Assembly (NCBI GenBank): GCA_964450175.1
Contig: CAYVHH010000199.1
Location: forward strand, 1 to 35,018
DNA from: an uncultured bacterium
GTDB lineage: Bacteria; Methylomirabilota; Methylomirabilia; Rokubacteriales; CSP1-6
DNA length: 35,018 bases
Direction of reading: 5' to 3'
A program made the translations under genes and the position numbers. Below, piece by piece: positions 31,757 to 35,018 of this stretch. The first letter of the stretch is position 1; every line of letters begins with the position of its first letter. The notes beneath the pieces were generated by a model that ran no database searches, was not told the origin of the DNA, and saw only the letters and a list, made by a program, of their open reading frames with translations.

Positions 31757-34441
31757 TCAGCCCCCGGCACGCGCGACGAACGCGTAGGTCAGCTCCAAGG
31801 CCGCGTCAAGCTTGGCGGGATCCTTCCCGCCGGCCTGCGCGATGTCGGGCCGGCCGCCCCCACCCCCGCCGACGGCCTTCGCGACCTCCTGGATGAGCTT
31901 GCCGGCCTGGAAGCGCGAGGTCAGGTCCTTCGTGACGGCCGCGATGAGGTTCACCTTGCCGTCGACGACGCTGCCCACGCAGACAATTCCGGAACCCAGG
32001 CGGTTTCGCAGGGTGTCCGCCACGGCCCGCAGCCCGTCGGCGTCCAGCCCATCGATCCGGCCGGCAAGCACGGCGACCCCGTTGACCTGGCGCGCGGACT
32101 TCACGAGATCCTCGGCGCGCGAGCGGGCGAGCCGCCCTTCGAGCTCGGCCAGCTGCTTCTCGAGCGCGCGCTGCTCCTCCAGAAGCTTCTGGAGCCGCTT
32201 CGGCACCTCGAGCGGTCCGATCTTCAAGAGGTCGGCCGCCTCGCGGAGCGCCGCCTCCTTCCGCGCCACGTTCTCGAGCGCGGCGGGTCCCGCGACCGCT
32301 TCGACGCGACGCACGCCGGAGGCGACGGCACCCTCCCCGGCGATCTTCAAGAGCCCGATGTCGCCGGTCCGGTCGAGATGCGTGCCGCCGCAGAGCTCGG
32401 TCGAGAAGTCGCCAATCTTGATGACACGCACGCGGTTCCCGTATTTCTCACCGAACAGCGCCATCGCGCCCAGCCGGAGCGCCTCGTCGAGATCCATCTC
32501 CGACTGGGTGACCGGGACGTTGGCCTGAACCTGCTCGTTGACCAGCTCCTCGATCTGCTCGACCTCGCGGTCCTTCAGCGAGCCCCCGTGCGAGAAATCG
32601 AAGCGCAGGTGGTCGGGCGCGACGAGCGAGCCGGCCTGCGTCACGTGAGTACCGAGCACCTTGCGGAGCCCCGCGTGGAGCAGGTGCGTGCCCGTGTGAT
32701 GCCGCCGCAGGCCCTGCCGGCGCGGCGTCTCGATCGTGACGGCGACGTCCTCGTTCTCGTGGAAGCCGCCGCTCACGACCTTCACCCGGTGCACGATCAT
32801 CTTGGAGCCGCGGTAGTAGGTGTCGACGATCTCGCCGCGACCGCTTCGGCCGACCAGGGTGCCGGTGTCACCCACCTGCCCGCCCGATTCCGCATAGGCG
32901 GGGGTGCGGTCGAGGATCATCTCGACCTCGGCGCCCTCCCCCGTCTCGGTGAGCCGCCGCGGAGCCCCGGCGCCGGCGTCGACGATCGCCAGGATGCGCG
33001 CGGGCGACGAGAGCGAGTCGTAGCCGACGAACTCGGTCGACGCAATCTCGGCGCCGAGCCGCTGGTACACCGCCGACGCCGCGGCGTCGTCGCCGCCGCC
33101 GAAGGCCGCGCCCGCGCGGGCCCGCGCGCGCTGCGCCTCCATCTCCGCGTCGGCGGCCGTGCGCGTCGCTTCCGTCACCCGCCAGCCGGCGTCCTGGAAG
33201 ACTTCCTCGGCCAGGTCCATCGGGAAGCCGTAGGTATCGTAGAGGGTGAACAGGAAACGGCCGTCCACGACCCGCCGCGTGTCGCTCGCGTGCTCGGCGA
33301 GATAGTCCTTGATCTTGAGCGTGCCGGTATCGAGCGTCTCGGCGAAGCGCTCTTCCTCGCTGCGAATCGCCTCCTGGATGCGCGGGCGCTCGGCGACGAT
33401 CTCGGGATACGCCGCGCCCATGAGCTTCACGACCCAGTCGACGGTCTTCCACAGGAACGGCTCCGTGAGCCCGAGCATCCGCCCGTGGCGCATCGCGCGC
33501 CGCATGATGCGACGCAGCACGTAGCCGCGCCACTCGTTGGAGGGCGTCACGCCGTCGGCGATCAGGAACGTGGTCGTGCGCGCGTGGTCGGCGATGACCC
33601 GCATCGACACGTCGTCGGCCTCGGCCGCGCGGTACCGGCGCCGGGACAGCGTCTCGATGTCGGCGATCAGCGGCGCGAAGAGATCGGTGTCGTAGTTCGA
33701 CTCCTTGCCCTGCACGACGGCCGCGATACGCTCGAGTCCCATGCCGGTGTCGATCGAGGGCCGCGGGAGCGGCGTGAGCGTGCCGGCCGCGTCGCGGTTG
33801 AACTGCATGAAGACGAGATTCCACACCTCGAGCCAGCGGTCGCACTCGCAAGCGACGCCGAGACACGGCCGGCCGGCGGCGACTTCTGCGCACGCGATGT
33901 GGTCGCCCTGGTGGAAGTGAACTTCCGAGCAGGGCCCGCACGGACCGGTGTCGCCCATCGCCCAGAAGTTGTCCTTCTCGCCCAGGCGCAGGACGCGATC
34001 GTCGCCGAATCCGGCGACCTGCTTCCAGAGCGCGAACGCGTCGTCGTCGTCGGTGTAGACGGTCGCGATCAGCCGCTTGCGATCGAGCGCCAGATCCTTC
34101 GTGAGGAACTCCCAGGCGAAGGCGATCGCGTCGGGCTTGAAGTAGTCGCCGAACGAGAAGTTGCCGAGCATCTCGAAGAACGTGTGGTGGCGCGCGGTGC
34201 GGCCGACGTTCTCGAGATCGTTGTGCTTGCCGCCCGCCCGCACGCACTTCTGGCTGGTCGTCGCGCGCACGTAGGCGCGCCGCTCCTCGCCGAGAAACAC
34301 GGACTTGAACTGGACCATGCCGGCGTTGGTGAACAGAAGCGTCGGATCGTCGCCGGGCACCAGCGGCGAGGAGCGCACGCGGGTGTGGCCGTTGCGCTCG
34401 AAATACTGCAGGAACGCTTCGCGAAGCTCGGGGCCGGTCAT
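31757..34441 (-). CDS. alaS: Alanine--tRNA ligase
   Basis: The ATG at 34441 gives MTGPELREAFLQYFERNGHTRVRSSPLVP.DDPTLLFTNAGMVQFK. Further motifs are HHTFFEMLGNFSFGDYFK, the editing-domain HTGTHLLH, and a C-terminal DHHA1 region with GGGGGRPDIAQAGG. The 60 codons upstream in ORF 31757..34621 are not supported. Confidence 0.95.
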   Translation of the reverse strand: MTGPELREAFLQYFERNGHTRVRSSPLVPGDDPTLLFTNAGMVQFKSVFLGEERRAYVRATTSQKCVRAGGKHNDLENVGRTARHHTFFEMLGNFSFGDYFKPDAIAFAWEFLTKDLALDRKRLIATVYTDDDDAFALWKQVAGFGDDRVLRLGEKDNFWAMGDTGPCGPCSEVHFHQGDHIACAEVAAGRPCLGVACECDRWLEVWNLVFMQFNRDAAGTLTPLPRPSIDTGMGLERIAAVVQGKESNYDTDLFAPLIADIETLSRRRYRAAEADDVSMRVIADHARTTTFLIADGVTPSNEWRGYVLRRIMRRAMRHGRMLGLTEPFLWKTVDWVVKLMGAAYPEIVAERPRIQEAIRSEEERFAETLDTGTLKIKDYLAEHASDTRRVVDGRFLFTLYDTYGFPMDLAEEVFQDAGWRVTEATRTAADAEMEAQRARARAGAAFGGGDDAAASAVYQRLGAEIASTEFVGYDSLSSPARILAIVDAGAGAPRRLTETGEGAEVEMILDRTPAYAESGGQVGDTGTLVGRSGRGEIVDTYYRGSKMIVHRVKVVSGGFHENEDVAVTIETPRRQGLRRHHTGTHLLHAGLRKVLGTHVTQAGSLVAPDHLRFDFSHGGSLKDREVEQIEELVNEQVQANVPVTQSEMDLDEALRLGAMALFGEKYGNRVRVIKIGDFSTELCGGTHLDRTGDIGLLKIAGEGAVASGVRRVEAVAGPAALENVARKEAALREAADLLKIGPLEVPKRLQKLLEEQRALEKQLAELEGRLARSRAEDLVKSARQVNGVAVLAGRIDGLDADGLRAVADTLRNRLGSGIVCVGSVVDGKVNLIAAVTKDLTSRFQAGKLIQEVAKAVGGGGGGRPDIAQAGGKDPAKLDAALELTYAFVARAGG

Positions 34442-34466
34442 TGGAGGACTGATTGTATCACCGGGG

Positions 34467-34910
34467 TCAGTCCTCGAGCCGGAGGCCGATGCACTCGCGG
34501 ACGACCCGCGTGACGACGGACACGGGATAGCCGCGGCGCAGGAGATGGTCGCGCAGGCGCGCGGCCGCGCGCGCGCGGTCGCCACGCTGGAGCGCCGGAA
34601 GACGCCGGCGAGCGACCGCACGCGCCCGCTCGAGCTCGCCGTCTTCGTTCACCCCGGACAGCGCCGCCTCGATCAGCGCCGTGTCGACCCCCCGCGCCCT
34701 GAGCTCCGCGCGCAGCCGCGCGGGCCCGTAGCCGCGCGTCGCGCGCGCGGCGACCCAGTGGCGCGCGAACGCCTCGTCGTCGAGATAGCCACGGACGGTG
34801 AGGTCGGCCACGACGTCATCCGCGACGTCCGCGGGCGCGCCGCGGCGCCGCAGCCGCACGGTCAGGTCGCGTGTGGTCCAGGCGCGCCGGGAAAGGAGGT
34901 CGGCGGCCAC
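34467..34910 (-). CDS. recX: Recombination regulator RecX
   Basis: Three-repeat RecX pattern: LLSRRAWTTRDLTVRLRRRGAPADVADDVVADLTVRGYLDDEAFARHWV. The gene sits directly upstream of alaS, as in the classical recA-recX-alaS arrangement. The GTG start at 34910 is uncertain because the frame stays open to the window edge, although codon bias decays upstream. Confidence 0.8.
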   Translation of the reverse strand: MAADLLSRRAWTTRDLTVRLRRRGAPADVADDVVADLTVRGYLDDEAFARHWVAARATRGYGPARLRAELRARGVDTALIEAALSGVNEDGELERARAVARRRLPALQRGDRARAAARLRDHLLRRGYPVSVVTRVVRECIGLRLED

Positions 34911-35018
34911 GAGCCGCGGGGTCCGCGCGTCGAGAGTGCGGCGCGGGCCGCGCGGACACGGTACGATCTGTTGTAGAAGGAGCTGCCGGCCCGCGACACC
35001 GGGCCGCGAAAGGTCGCG

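Noticed and set aside
31202-34513. 1103-aa ORF on the plus strand
   Set aside because: It is entirely antisense to alaS. Its translation is Arg/Gly/Asp/Pro-rich with no recognisable motif. This is the typical shadow ORF of a roughly 70% GC genome, where stop codons are rare on the antisense strand.
34911-35018. N-terminal extension of recX or the end of recA
   Set aside because: The recX frame stays open to the window edge but has no start codon. Codon bias collapses there (CTT CTA CAA CAG ATC GTA). No recA-like sequence is visible in any frame of these 108 nt.

Overview
High-GC (about 70%) bacterial chromosomal window. It is densely coding, with about 40 genes, one tRNA, no rRNA, no CRISPR array and no recognisable transposase or phage genes. 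Most long ORFs in the six-frame track are Arg/Pro/Gly-rich shadow ORFs antisense to, or out of frame with, real genes.

Supported minus-strand units, listed by coordinate:
- A lipid kinase, a small secreted repeat protein, a CMD/AhpD-like protein, a small membrane protein and a lipoprotein (1-2839).
- A GH15 glycosidase with an upstream hypothetical gene (4336-6905).
- tRNA-Val plus a small basic protein, ending at a canonical terminator (6963-7429).
- A long unit of TPR, TPR, tungsten-type aldehyde:ferredoxin oxidoreductase, secreted protein, lipoprotein and CBM-like membrane protein (7502-15793).
- EndoIII-related glycosylase (20633-21367).
- speH-speE-DUF4321, a large inverted repeat, then maf (22285-24720).
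- recX-alaS, response regulator, GAF histidine kinase and an MBL-fold lipoprotein (28736-34910).

Supported plus-strand units:
- A membrane protein, a REC-only regulator and a small Cys protein (2956-4322).
- HAD-rarA-membrane protein-ddl-murG (15835-20586).
- A periplasmic binding protein (21288-22304).
- speB, a TylM1-like methyltransferase, a GNAT and rlmI (25248-28629).

Most interesting observations:
1. An in-frame TGA sits exactly at the second Cys of the CxxC motif of the CMD/AhpD-like protein and is followed by a SECIS-like hairpin. This is a candidate selenoprotein that the ORF track splits in two.
2. A 156-bp element made of 48-bp near-perfect inverted arms lies between DUF4321 and maf.
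3. Two divergent polyamine promoters share the same CTTGCAAT / TA(C/G)AGT elements. They flank a 340-bp GC-rich gene-less spacer, and speB appears near-leaderless.
4. An agmatinase, amine-methyltransferase-like and GNAT module suggests polyamine tailoring.
5. NTGA stop/start overlaps recur, including a possible CTG start.

I see no self-evident novel multi-gene system such as a defence island. All family calls come from motif recognition by eye, and start codons are best guesses. Taxonomy is unknown.
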